DNA from: Haliotis rubra
Lineage: Eukaryota
DNA length: 64,000 nucleotides
Direction of reading: 5' to 3'
Assembly: GCF_003918875.1 (NCBI RefSeq)
Contig: NW_025767414.1
Coordinates: 186,001-250,000 of the forward strand
The position numbers and the translations under genes were made by a program. The notes under the pieces are model-generated. The model was given only the letters and a program-made list of their open reading frames with translations, was not told where the DNA came from and made no database searches. Positions within the stretch are counted from its first letter, which is position 1. Each line of letters starts with the position of its first letter. This document shows, one piece after another, positions 38,701 to 50,054 of the stretch.

Positions 38701-41700
38701 CCTTCATCTTCCTTAAGCCAATACACCATCTCTGGAAATGCCAATAGCTACATCAATCCCATAATGCCAATAGACTCACAGTCCCATCCCAACCTTGACC
38801 AATAACACCAACCCTATTCTTACTGTTGACACTGCTCACTCACAGACAACCTTCATCTTCCTTCAGCCAATACACCATCTCTGGAAACGCTCACTACATC
38901 AATCCCATAATGCCAATAGACTCACAGTCCCATCCCAACCTTGACCAATAACACCAACCCTATTCTTACTGTTGACACTGCTCACTCATAGACAACCTTC
39001 ACCTTCCTTAAACCAATACACCATCTCTGGAAACGCTACATCAATCCCATAATGCCAATAGACTCACAGTCCCATCCCAACCTTGACCAATAACACCAAC
39101 CCTATTCTTACTGTTGACACTGCTCACTCACAGACACCCCACACCACCCCAAGAGTGTGTCCTCACTTGATGTCTCTGTGTACGGAGCCCAGCAGATCCT
39201 CCCTCTCCCGCAGTGATGTGATGTTGGCCTCCGTCTTCTGGAACTCGTGTGTGTAGTCCTGGAGGATGTCGCGATGTCGCTGCAGTGTGTGCAGGAGGGC
39301 GGCGCTGGGCGAACTCATGCTGATGTTCTGTGTGTACTCCACCATCCGTTCATTCACCCCCGACAACTGCAGCAGAAACGACCGGGTCTTGGATTCAGAA
39401 GTTGGAAACCAGGAAGACATGAGTCAGTGAGTATGGTTTTACGCCGCTTTTAGCAATATTCCAGCAATATCACGGCAGAGGACACCAGAAATGGGCATCA
39501 CACATTTGAGAATCAAACCTGGGTCTTCGGCGAGATGAGTGAACGCTTTAACCACTAGGCTACCTCACGCCCCAGGAAGACATGAAACCACACACAAAAG
39601 AACTTTATTGTTACTGTGAGAAGTACCTTGAAAGATTTTTAAGTTTTAAAATGTATCCATGAACAGTTACGATGCCTTTTTGAGGACTGACCAAGTGAGT
39701 AGGAATGGTTTTATGCCAACCTTAGCAATATTCCAGGAATATTACAGTGACATATACGAGAAATGGCTTCACAGAGTAGGGATTCGAACTCAGTTTTTTG
39801 CAAGAAGAGTGAACACTTTAACCTCTTGGTTACTACACAAGCTTGCATGTCTTGAGGAAGAGCTTATAACAAGGGGCACATTACAGGATCTGCAAAGAGT
39901 AACACAATTTGAAAAACAAATAGCGAAGTCTCAATGTCAGTTTTGCCAATCATTTTAGTGTACTGGTGAGATTTTGGCTTCAGGCCAAAGGCTAAAGTCA
40001 CAGATGACCAGTTATATTATAACTTACCTTTGCCAATAGTTGCTTAATCTCCATAGCCATTGTGTCGAACATGTGCTCACTGCTTGTCTTGTTTAACAGG
40101 GGTGCCGTGTCACTGAAACCATAGCAACTGACACGTGGATATCACACACATCGCTTAGCAACCAACATGCAGGTGTCACATGTATCATAGCAACTGATGG
40201 ACTGATATCAGACAAACATGCAGGTGTCACATGTATCATAGCAACTGATGGACTGATATCAGACAAACATACAGGTGTCACATGTATCATAGCAACTGAT
40301 GGACTGATATCAGACAAACATGCAGGTGTCACATGTATCATAGCAACTGATGGACTGATATCAGACAAACATACAGGTGTCACATGTATCATAGCAACTG
40401 ATGGACTGATATCAGACAAACATGCAGGTGTCACATGTATCATAGCAACTGATGGACTAATAACAGACAAACATACAGGTGTCACATGTATCATAGCAAC
40501 TGATGGACTGATATCAGACAAACATGCAGGTGTCACATGTATCATAGCAACTGATGGACTGATATCAGACAAACATGCAGGTGTCACATGTACCATAGCA
40601 ACTGATGGACTGATATCAGACAAACATACAGGTGTCACATGTATCATAGCAACTGATGGACTGATATCAGACAAACATGTAGGTGTCACATGTATCATAG
40701 CAACTGATGGACTGATATCAGACAAACATGCAGGTGTCACATGTATCATAGCAACTGATGGACTGATATCAGACAAACATGCAGGTGTTACATGTATCAT
40801 AGCAACTGATGGACTGATATCAGACAACATGTAGGTGTCACATGTATTATAGCAACTGATGGACTGATATCAGACAACATGTAGGTGTCACATGTATTAT
40901 AGCAACTGATGGACTGATATCAGACAACATGTAGGTGTCACATGTATTATAGCAACTGATGGATAGACATCACATGCACAGCTTAGCAACCAGTTTGATT
41001 TATCGGTATCCAAGTACCATAGCAACTTGCAGGAATATCATTTATCAAACAATTTCAACACGCATGTTTACATAACTGATGACAAAATGTATCCATGGCA
41101 ACATGCATGAGCAGCCTTGAAGTTACATTGTTACCATGGCAACATGCACACGTACATCACATTAAACAACAAATAGGTAATGGATTACACAGGTCACTTG
41201 TCACATCCATGAATGGTTTCTACTGAGAACTTCAAGAGAGCTGGTAATGAGTTTGTATGATTCCAACATACATGGTGGCAAGAATGTTAATAATACCAAA
41301 CATTTCAAACTCTCCATCTGTCATGTATATGTATTTGATTGGTTTGGTTTGTCTGTTACTTAACACAAAACTCAGCAATATTCCAGCTATATGGCAGCAA
41401 TCTGTAAATAATCATGTCTGGACCAGACAATCCAGTGATCGACATCATGAGCATCAATCTACGCATTTGGGATAAGATGACATGTGTCAACGAAGTCTGA
41501 CCACCCAATCCTGTTAGTCACCTATAACAACAAGCAGAAAACCAATTCTAACCCGGATATTCATGGATCGCCCTTAATTTAATCACTAAAAGAAATAGCA
41601 AGTACACAGCAAAGTGGCTGTGTATATTCACAGGTGAACCCTTGAAGTACTGACAATGGAAAAATTTGAAGTACCAAAGACGGAAATATGGAAACTCCCA

Positions 41701-44700
41701 CACCATGAAGCAAAGCATGATTCATCCTAACACAGATGAAAGCATCCTGAGACAAGGGAGGTAACTCTTTACTAAAGTCTAGGTTCAACTCTTGCCGACC
41801 TAGTTGGAATTGCAGTTATATTTTGGCTGGCCAAATAGGTCTGTGCATCAATCAAAACATGGCAGATGAACAACGGAGAAGGTACTATGGGTAAACAACT
41901 TCTTTATTATTAATGTATCGACGTTTTGGTGTTGATGCTAACACCATTCTCAAGCAAGTCTACTGTCAAATTGGTGTCAACAGCTATTTTCCAAATCTAT
42001 TTTTCATCAAGTTTTTGAAGATACTGATGCATTCCAAAAAGTAAGACCTATTCTTTCACAATATAGATCTTGATCATCAATGTCACTCTTGACTGGGTGC
42101 CAACATTGAACATTTGAAGTAAATGTCAATTTGTAAATGCAAATGATAGTAGAGACAGATTCTGACTGTTCAACAGGACGGACACAGAAGGGACATAACT
42201 CATAATGGCCATTTGTGGCGCTATAATCGGACCATAAACTCGAGTCTTGTAAGCAAAGAATTGAAACTGGACTCTTATACAGAGTTACCTCCCTTGCTCC
42301 GGAGGATGCCATGAAACATGTCACAATGACATTACTAACAACACAGAAATATCCAGATCCATCCCCCTGATAGAGCATAGCAACATTACCTCTTTTCATC
42401 ACTCGCTGGTGGGCTGGTTAAACAAATCATCAATGTATTAACAGATCTTGAAACAAATGTTATATCAAAATGTCACATCATCAAGTTTAAAATATAAACA
42501 TTACAGAAGTAAATAGTTTCCCTTTTCAGTCTCAGATTTTACATGTTTCATGAAAGCCCACCGACTCTTATCAAAGATATCATCCTGGTCATGAATGGAA
42601 CTGATTTAAATGTCACTAAAATCAATTACAGGTGGAAAATCGGCTACCTTTCATAGTCTCTCTGAGAGGAATAACTGGTTCCAAGCTTGCTAAAGGACAC
42701 CAGTTTAAGGTCAATTTCATTTTCAAGTTGCCGGGCCTGTTTTCGTAAATCTGAAAATCAAAAAATAATTCTTTATACAGGGTAAAATGTCTCATGCACC
42801 CATATAGTCACCCTATGTATGCTAACATTCAAATATCACACAATCTGTGCCAGAATCCCTTGAGACTAACTGCCTGAACCTTTTCATTGCATCATTTATA
42901 AGAGAATATATTGTTGTTTTCAGGGTTTTACGCTACGCACAAATGTAGAGACAGGATGTAGAAAACCCAAAATACTGCATCTGGAGAGACAATAATCGAG
43001 AAATATACCAAGCGACCAAGCAATCGATCACATTTTGTGCCTACACCTCATCAAGGGTAGTTATCTGGGTCTGTCGTTTCACCAATCAGTCATGACTAAT
43101 CGATTCGCCACTGATTCATTCCAAGCACTGAACTAATTATCTGAATGTACACTACAATACACCATTACAATACTTAAGGGTAGTTATTTACAGTACCCTC
43201 CTCATATTACCAGCAAAGATTCATACATTTTATTGACCACACATCCCCACCCAGGGGTGGAAATAACCCATTGCCCGACATCCGAGTCCAGTGTTTTTAC
43301 CAGTCTGGCAAGCAGATTCGTATATCACGCTGTACTAATGTCAAGTTGACTTTCCAATGTTAATTATGTTGTTTATCTAAAAAATCAACAAGAAAATCGG
43401 CCGGTATAGAGGAAAAATTATCAGGGCAAGTGATTTTACATGTGCCACTGTACCAGGGTACACCCAAAATTTTAAAGTTATTTCCACCCTTGCCACCCCT
43501 CCCCCCTAAGTGTAACATTTACTAAATAAAATGCCTAATTTCAAGTTCAGGCTAGAAGATAAACAATGCATGAAGATCAAGATGGGGGACACCAGAAATG
43601 GTCTTCACACATGGTACCCATGTGGGGAATCAAACCCGAGTGTTTGGCGTGATGTGTGAGTAGATTTCTTAATGGTGTTTGGACCGGTGATGTTTGGATG
43701 TGTGCAACATCAATTAAGCTACTTGATAAACTGCATTCCTGTGCATGAGATAATAAAAATTATTAATAACAAAAATATTACATGTCTTTTAAGTTCCCAT
43801 TTTTAATCCTTTTAGTACCATAATATAAGATGAAACTGAAATATAAAATGAATATATATTAAAAGTGCTTTCCCAGGCTCCATATAGTTATTCAACATCA
43901 GGAGTACATACTCAATATTTTTTTAAATATAGGAGTACTGGAAAACCTTAAGAGTACATTTACTGAAGTACTGAATGGAATTAATGGAGTGTGACTATAC
44001 GACAAGACGAACAAGTGATACTCATAAGCTGTTCATTCATTATTCGTACAACAATTTGATTACTTGACTGTTTACAAGTCGTCGAGGCACAGTCTTGTTT
44101 CTGAAAGAAACTTCTAATTTGTTTTTGTGCTGCCATGTTTACATTAGGGGTGGATATTGCAGAGACTGACTGACTGACTGAGTTTGGTTTTACGCCGCTT
44201 TTAGCAATATTCCAGCAATATCACGGCAGGGGACACCAGAAATGGGCTTCACACATTGTGCCCATGTGGGGATTCGAACCCGGGTCTTCGGCGTGACGAG
44301 CCAACGCTTTAACCATTAGGCTACCCCACCGGCCCGGGTATTGCAGAGAATATTCATATTGCGATATATTGCGATGCGAAAGCATGTATTGCGATATGTA
44401 TTGTAATATATTGCATGAAGTATTTTTAAACTAAAAACTACATATAATCGAGTTACTGCTTGATTTATAGGGCAAAAACACAACAAAATCACTATGCTTG
44501 ATTAAGCGTTAATAACAAATTTTAATCATGATAGAATAAAATGTGAATAATATTTGGCACAAATAAAACAAGGAAATATCCGAAGATTTCCGAGTGTTAC
44601 GACGTTTTCCGAATACAAGTCAAAATACCGGTTTTCGATCAGCTTATCGCACAATACGTATCGTTTTCATGTCTGAACCGGTAAATACCGGTAAACCGGT

Positions 44701-46859
44701 TATATTGCGCAGCCCTAGTTTACATACACATGCGTAATTTTGACCAATCAAATTTAACCAAGATGATTTGCTGCGGTACTCAGTTTCCTTAGCAACCGGG
44801 ATTCCCAGAACATGACAAGGGAAACCCCCATGTGTTGCTATCACTTAAATTCAAAGATGGGACACTGCTTGAAATCATATTGATATGTTTTAAATAAATA
44901 CATCTGTAAATGATTTTAAGACCGTACACCATTGCTGTGGTGCATGTCTGCTACGTTTCTAAATTATTTCCTACCGTATCGTGCCTATTTTTATCCGCAC
45001 ATACGCCGATACAGCCCTTATCTGTAGCCCTGTAAAAGTGCTTTCATAAAGAGGTAATATTGCCATAAAATGTGCCATTTCAGGTCATATTTAGCAAACA
45101 ATTATTGAAAACTCTCAACATCACCAATCTTATTATTGAATAATAATTCAGTGATAATGCATATAGAGATGATTGATCACTGAAAGGAGCTTATACACAC
45201 TTGACCCCAGCAACAGTCTGGCATCACAGGGCATTATGTTTTGCAACAAAGTTTTACAAAGTACATCCTAAGGTATTGTGACGTGACTGTGAAGATTGCC
45301 ATTCTGAACATCTAAAGGTTGGCCAATCTGAGACATAAACTCATCTGCAAAACATTACCATCAGTTTAACAGTGTCAAATCATATACTGGGTTTTACCTC
45401 GACTCACAACAAACAGGGGGTTCCCAGGGACCCCTAATTATTAGTGTTAAGGTAAAAAAAAGAAATCCTACCTACCTATCCTAAATTTAAAGAAGTGTAA
45501 TCGGAACGACAACATTTTTATTTGGCCTGAGGGTCCTTGCGGGCAATACGAGGGTCCTGTGAAGTTACAGTGCAGAGAACTGTATGTTTTGATAATTTCT
45601 TTAAGAGTCTGGAATAAATCATCGATCATGTGGACTGATGGATGAAATGATGCATGTAACTACTCTGATAGATACAACCAAACACTTAGCAAGACATAGA
45701 TGTGTTGTGAGTACAGTGAATAATATTGTGCATCCCTCCGGACGCACTGAAATTGTTTTATGCATCCATTCCTTACATTTGTGTGTACTGGATGCACATT
45801 TGCGCAACATGTAAAACCCTGCATAGATTATTCATCCAGTGATGACACTGAATATCCATCAATAAACAGTGTCCGTTTAACTTCAACTTAAGGGGGATTC
45901 CCTACACATGTTAACATGGTAAAGGTCTGTTTTCCACCCCCAGACTCTGATACTTAAACCAACTGGGATAATACCATGTCCATCACCTGTACACTGTGAC
46001 GGACTGCCAGCTTCAGTTAGGAATAATTATGAAGTCACCAGCTATAACGAGGAATATTCAGATATTATCTACATCCTCACATTATGGGTTTTCAGATGCT
46101 TAAGAACATCCATTGTCTGCTTGATTATTGAATAAACAATTGCAAAACATATCACTAAGTTACTAAAGAGTGAGAGTAATCACTGCTGCCTGAAAATATA
46201 CGACTGAAAACATTAAATCTGACACACACACAGTGATACTATTCGCTGATCAGTGACAGCCTGAAAGGCCTACGAAACTTCAAAAGATCTTAAAATACTG
46301 CTTCCACTGAAATAGATACAATAAGAACAGATTACAAGCATTGATGTCTTCTACAAAAATAAAGTAACTACATTTACCCTACTGTTCTAAGGTTGTGAAA
46401 GAGTACAGTCTGGCCATAATGTCAGTATCGATATTAAGGTCTTTGACTAAGGTCCTAAATAAAAAAGTGTACACATCTACATGTTCAAACCGTGAGTGAG
46501 AACCCCCTTGTTCCCATAAATTACCGACTTATATCTATATCTGGCCCTTTAATCTAGCTTATGTCTATACAAAAATATCAGATTCGATGCTGTATATCGT
46601 AATGTTGGCCGAACCTCACACAGATACCAAAGCAACCGAAATTGTCAAAATCGATCGGATTTGACATCTAAGCAAGAGAATATTTTTGGATTGATCTCAA
46701 TTAGTGTGGGACTGTTACATATGGCAGTCGTTTCTCTGTTTAAAACATTTCAATCACATCAATCTGCACCATCGCCGATTAGCATGAAACCTATAAGTAT
46801 GTCACTTTGACAAGTTCGCGTCTGTGTTTACCTTCCCACAAGTTCCCCATGTCGGCCAT
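35583..46859 (-). CDS. GOSR1: Golgi SNAP receptor complex member 1 (GS28), spliced 8-exon gene, 241 aa
   Basis: Join of 46859-46832, 42750-42648, 40112-40028, 39366-39167, 37938-37867, 37461-37432, 36674-36592, 35707-35583 gives 726 nt, all GT-AG and phase-consistent: MADMGNLWEDLRKQARQLENEIDLKLVSFSKL...HTLQRHRDILQDYTHEF...QRINLRKRRDSIILGGVIAVCIFLLLLYAFH. Confidence 0.96.
35708..36591 (-). other. GOSR1: U12-type (minor spliceosome) GT-AG intron, GOSR1 intron 7
   Basis: 5' splice site GTATCCTTT (36591-36583); branch site TCCTTGAC (35724-35717) just upstream of the TAG acceptor. Confidence 0.93.
36592..36674 (-). CDS. GOSR1: GOSR1 exon 7
   Basis: SIAIATKENLSSQKKILGTITQKMNSLA. Confidence 0.93.
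36898..37253. mobile_element. hAT-like MITE in GOSR1 intron 6
   Basis: Perfect 14-bp TIR CAGAGATGCCAACC / GGTTGGCATCTCTG; degenerate 8-bp flanks ending TATGT. Confidence 0.7.
37432..37461 (-). CDS. GOSR1: GOSR1 exon 6 (30-nt mini-exon)
   Basis: NSERLVDDQI; TTTTCACAG acceptor, GTGAGT donor. Confidence 0.9.
   Translation of the reverse strand, partial: LREISRRPD
37867..37938 (-). CDS. GOSR1: GOSR1 exon 5
   Basis: NAYKNSSGLNRRTDLYLKENDHIR. Confidence 0.93.
38215..39136. repeat. 142-bp tandem repeat, about 6.5 copies, in GOSR1 intron 4
   Basis: CATCTCTGGAAA recurs at 38301, 38443, 38585 and onward. Confidence 0.9.
39167..39366 (-). CDS. GOSR1: GOSR1 exon 4
   Basis: LSGVNERMVEYTQ...HTLQRHRDILQDYTHEFQKT...LLGSVHRDI. 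Confidence 0.95.
39423..39573 (-). mobile_element. SINE family A close to the GOSR1 exon 4 acceptor
   Basis: TSD AGGAAGACATGA at 39411-39422 and 39574-39585. Confidence 0.88.
40028..40112 (-). CDS. GOSR1: GOSR1 exon 3
   Basis: SDTAPLLNKTSSEHMFDTMAMEIKQLLAK. Confidence 0.93.
40163..40962. repeat. 51-bp minisatellite, about 16 copies, in GOSR1 intron 2
   Basis: GCAGGTGTCACATGTATCATAGCAACTGATGGACTGATATCAGACAAACAT. Confidence 0.95.
42648..42750 (-). CDS. GOSR1: GOSR1 exon 2
   Basis: DLRKQARQLENEIDLKLVSFSKLGTSYSSQRDYE. Confidence 0.95.
43252..43492. mobile_element. MITE with CAGGG-type TIRs
   Basis: CAGGGGTGGAAATAAC / GTTATTTCCACCCTTG; a similar element lies at 61549-61822. Confidence 0.6.
44145..44717. 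mobile_element. hAT-type MITE with a nested SINE
   Basis: TAGGG...CCCTA termini with perfect 8-bp TSD GTTTACAT; family A SINE at 44166-44335 inside it with its own TSD TATTGCAGAGA. Confidence 0.85.
46832..46859 (-). CDS. GOSR1: GOSR1 exon 1 coding part
   Basis: ATG GCC GAC ATG GGG AAC TTG TGG GAA G|GTAAAC; further in-frame ATGs at 46877 and 46868. Confidence 0.85.
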
Positions 46860-46887
46860 GTTACTCATAAGAGTCATGTTGGCAAGT

Positions 46888-46897
46888 TCTCGCGAGA
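46888..46897. promoter_or_regulatory. TCTCGCGAGA palindrome (CGCG/BANP-type housekeeping promoter element) of GOSR1
   Basis: Exact 10-bp palindrome about 30 bp upstream of the ATG. Confidence 0.7.
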
Positions 46898-48667
46898 TCG
46901 AGAATATTTTTGCGTACAATATTTTTGCTTCTAAAATGGGTAATATATAATTCCATTTAGGTCAATATTGAAATTCAGGGTTAATAATTGTGAAAACATT
47001 CTAATATAGACAAAGTGATAGCCTGTCATATATTTTATATTCCTAACAACTAATATTATATGGAACATAAGACGTCAAGTGAAATGCATATTGAGAGTGA
47101 GGATTTTGAAACCATTCCCCTTACACTGATGAAACATTCTGAAATTTGAACCGATAGTAACCAAAATATATCTTAAATAATTAAATAATAACCAGAGAAT
47201 TTCATGATGTTAAAATCTTTAAAGCGGGAAAATCATATGAAGTACACTTTGATTGCCTGTGCAAAATCTTAAATAGCTTGATAATTAAAACTACGTCATT
47301 ATGTTTGACTCTTACCTAAAAACTAAAATATACACGTGTCTAACATTTTGTTAAATTATGCAACAGCAAGTACAAGCTAATAAACACAGCCGGTTTACCA
47401 ATCAAATCACAATTATCTCAAGTACTTCCATGTCATCAGCGGTGCGAGCATGATGGTGGCATCAGTAAATATACACTTGACACACGCTGGTTGACCAGAC
47501 GGACATATATACACACCTTGATATGACATCGTCAGCAGCTCGTTAATGTGTAATCAGTCATTATTTATAGATCACGGTTATGTATTCGAGATCCGTATCA
47601 ACAAGTAGTATTTTTCAAAAATATATTAGCATAATTATCGAGATGGAAATAATTACGGCGATATCGACTTCGAGAATCTTTATTCAACATGGCAGGGAAA
47701 TCTAAACGGGATGGGTTAAAATTATAAACATCTTTTTTTTTCCTTGTGTGTGTATGTGTGGTTGGGGGGATGGGGGTTGTTAAACCATGGGGGGGGCCTC
47801 TTCTTCCCCTTGATCCTACAATAAACGTCCTGATTGTCATAAAGTTCCTTACTAAATTTCATTGAAATTGAAGCTTATGTGCATCTGCTTTAAACATATT
47901 TAATTCCAAGAGTGGAACCGGATTGGTAAACAAGCTATATGTAGGATCTGAAGTTCTTTTCTGATAAAAAATACTAATGGTAAACATTGACACTTTAAGA
48001 AATGGTTTAACGGTTCTCTCGTCCCTGAGCATCGGTTGTGGTCTTTTTGGTATTTATGTTCAAATCTTGCTCGAATACCTCTCTTTACGTTAAAATTTAA
48101 AAAGTAAAAGGTAAAAGGTACATAATTTTTTATTTTTTTTATGTACTGCACCTACTGTTTTCAATTACATACACACTCATATATACTAGTCTCTCTTGCA
48201 GTCTCAGCAACATTATTATGCCCTTCTGCCCAGCCCTTTTTGTAGCGTAAAATCCTCAAATGAAGCTAGTCAATAACTACCACTGTTTTTTTGTCAATCT
48301 CAAAATTCACTCAAGCTCCTTTAAATCTCAAAATAAATACCGCCTGATATTGCTGGAATTTTGCTAAAAGCGGCGTAAAACTAAACTCACTCACCCCAAG
48401 TTTAAATTTTAATGGAATGATGTGGTTATATTAAATTATATAATTTCCGTTCCTAGGCGTTAGTCTAACTAACACCAACACAAATTTCTAAAAGTCATAT
48501 TACAGATCAGAATAGAAATTTCTATCCAGCGAGCTTCTACACTGATAATTTACAGAATTACAAATGCGTTCCCCTCATTGAACTACATACTTGTTCAAGA
48601 ACCAGCATGTTTCAGTTTAAACAGGGATAATACTATCAGTTGTCATTGTATTTTATGTGTAGTTAGT

Positions 48668-49000
48668 CCAGTGGTCATCCTCTGACCTTCATATCATGTC
48701 GACCTGACCATTTTCTCTCCAGTGGTCATCCTCTGACCTTCATATCATGTCGACAGACCATTTTCTCTCCAGTGGTCATCCTCTGACCTTCATACCATGT
48801 CGACCAGACCATTTTCTCTCCAGTGGTCATCCTCTGACCTTCATACCATGTCGACCAGACCATTTTCTCTCCAGTGGTCATCCTCTGACCTTCATATCAT
48901 GTCGACCTGACCATTTTCTCTCCAGTGGTCATCCTCTGACCTTCATACCATGTCGACCAGACCATTTTCTCTCCAGTGGTCATCCTCTGACCTTCATATC
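48668..49000. repeat. 51-bp minisatellite, about 6.5 copies, between the divergent promoters
   Basis: CCAGTGGTCATCCTCTGACCTTCATA(T/C)CATGTCGACC(T/A)GACCATTTTCTCT. Confidence 0.92.
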
Positions 49001-49489
49001 ACTCACCGGGATTTCAAAGTGTAATACCGAAATCCCTACAACGCGCAAATATTTAGTTTCTGCATTCAAAATACGAATTTTAAATTAACACATACTCTAA
49101 CAATTCAAACGAAGTGATTGTATTTCCAAACAACATTTTTAACGAAACATCTTGCATAAGAATTAATGCTAACATTTTAGAGTAGAAGAAAAATAATGAG
49201 ACTACGTTGCGACCATGAAGAATGTTTAGGCAAAATTCTAAAACAATGTGGAATGTGTTTTCTTTACAGATCACCTAATTACAAATACCCTGTTTTCATT
49301 TACCAATCCGCAAGTCTTAATAAGAGATCTATTCGATTATATTTTTCTAACCTAGACATATTACTCTGTGGTAATTTATATTTCAGCCGCTCTCGGGTGT
49401 GTGAAATTTGTGTTTCAAAAAATACATATTACTACTTTGGCCGGATTAAATATTTTCGACAAATTATTTTGAACGTGCCTTACCATAAA

Positions 49490-49790
49490 GTCTGATTGGA
49501 TAGTATAATGAGCTAAACAGATTGCCATATATACATAGGTCGTTAATTAATTGGTAAGCACGTCACACGTGACAGTTATGTACACAGTTCTAAATACACA
49601 GTCATTATGCTAATTACATCCGGTTTGATTGGACAATCAGCAAGTCTACGGCTGCCGCATTGCCGACCGTGGACATATATAAGGAGTCGTAGGCATACTG
49701 TACTTCCGTCAATAACAGAATCACGTGACAAACATCCTATCGCCATACATGTGCAAGTGACCTGACTGACTTGGCGGTTGTTTTGAAAGT
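49490..49790 (+). promoter_or_regulatory. Cell-cycle-type promoter: three inverted CCAAT boxes, two E-boxes and a CDE/CHR tandem
   Basis: ATTGG at 49495, 49550 and 49628; CACGTG at 49566 and 49722; GGCGG (49773-49777), 4-nt spacer, TTTGAA (49782-49787). Confidence 0.7.
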
Positions 49791-49832
49791 AGTGGGATTT
49801 TTGTACGACGTGTTTTCAGCGATCATAGTGAA

Positions 49833-50054
49833 ATGGCGACGATTAAGAAAGCACTGCGAATGTCGATTCGTGGAAAACGGTACAGTGTTCTTGATGGAAC
49901 TCAAACAGACTATTTCAGTACTCCAAAATACGCAAAGCGACGAAACTCCGACGGTGACTCGCCCAACAGTGATGATCGCGGAGAGGTGAGACTCCCTAGA
50001 CGGGGGTCAAAAGTAACCCAGTCGGTCAGAGATGCAGTTGGAAACATTAGACAG
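49833..50054 (+). CDS. S/T-P-rich gene, exon 1
   Basis: GAAATGG Kozak context; MATIKKALRMSIRGKRY...VRDAVGNIRQ|GTAAGA. Confidence 0.8.

Noticed and set aside
40093-40830. 245-aa repeat ORF on the GOSR1 strand
   Set aside because: Translation of the 51-bp minisatellite; GOSR1 splices correctly without it and the ORF is out of frame with exon 3
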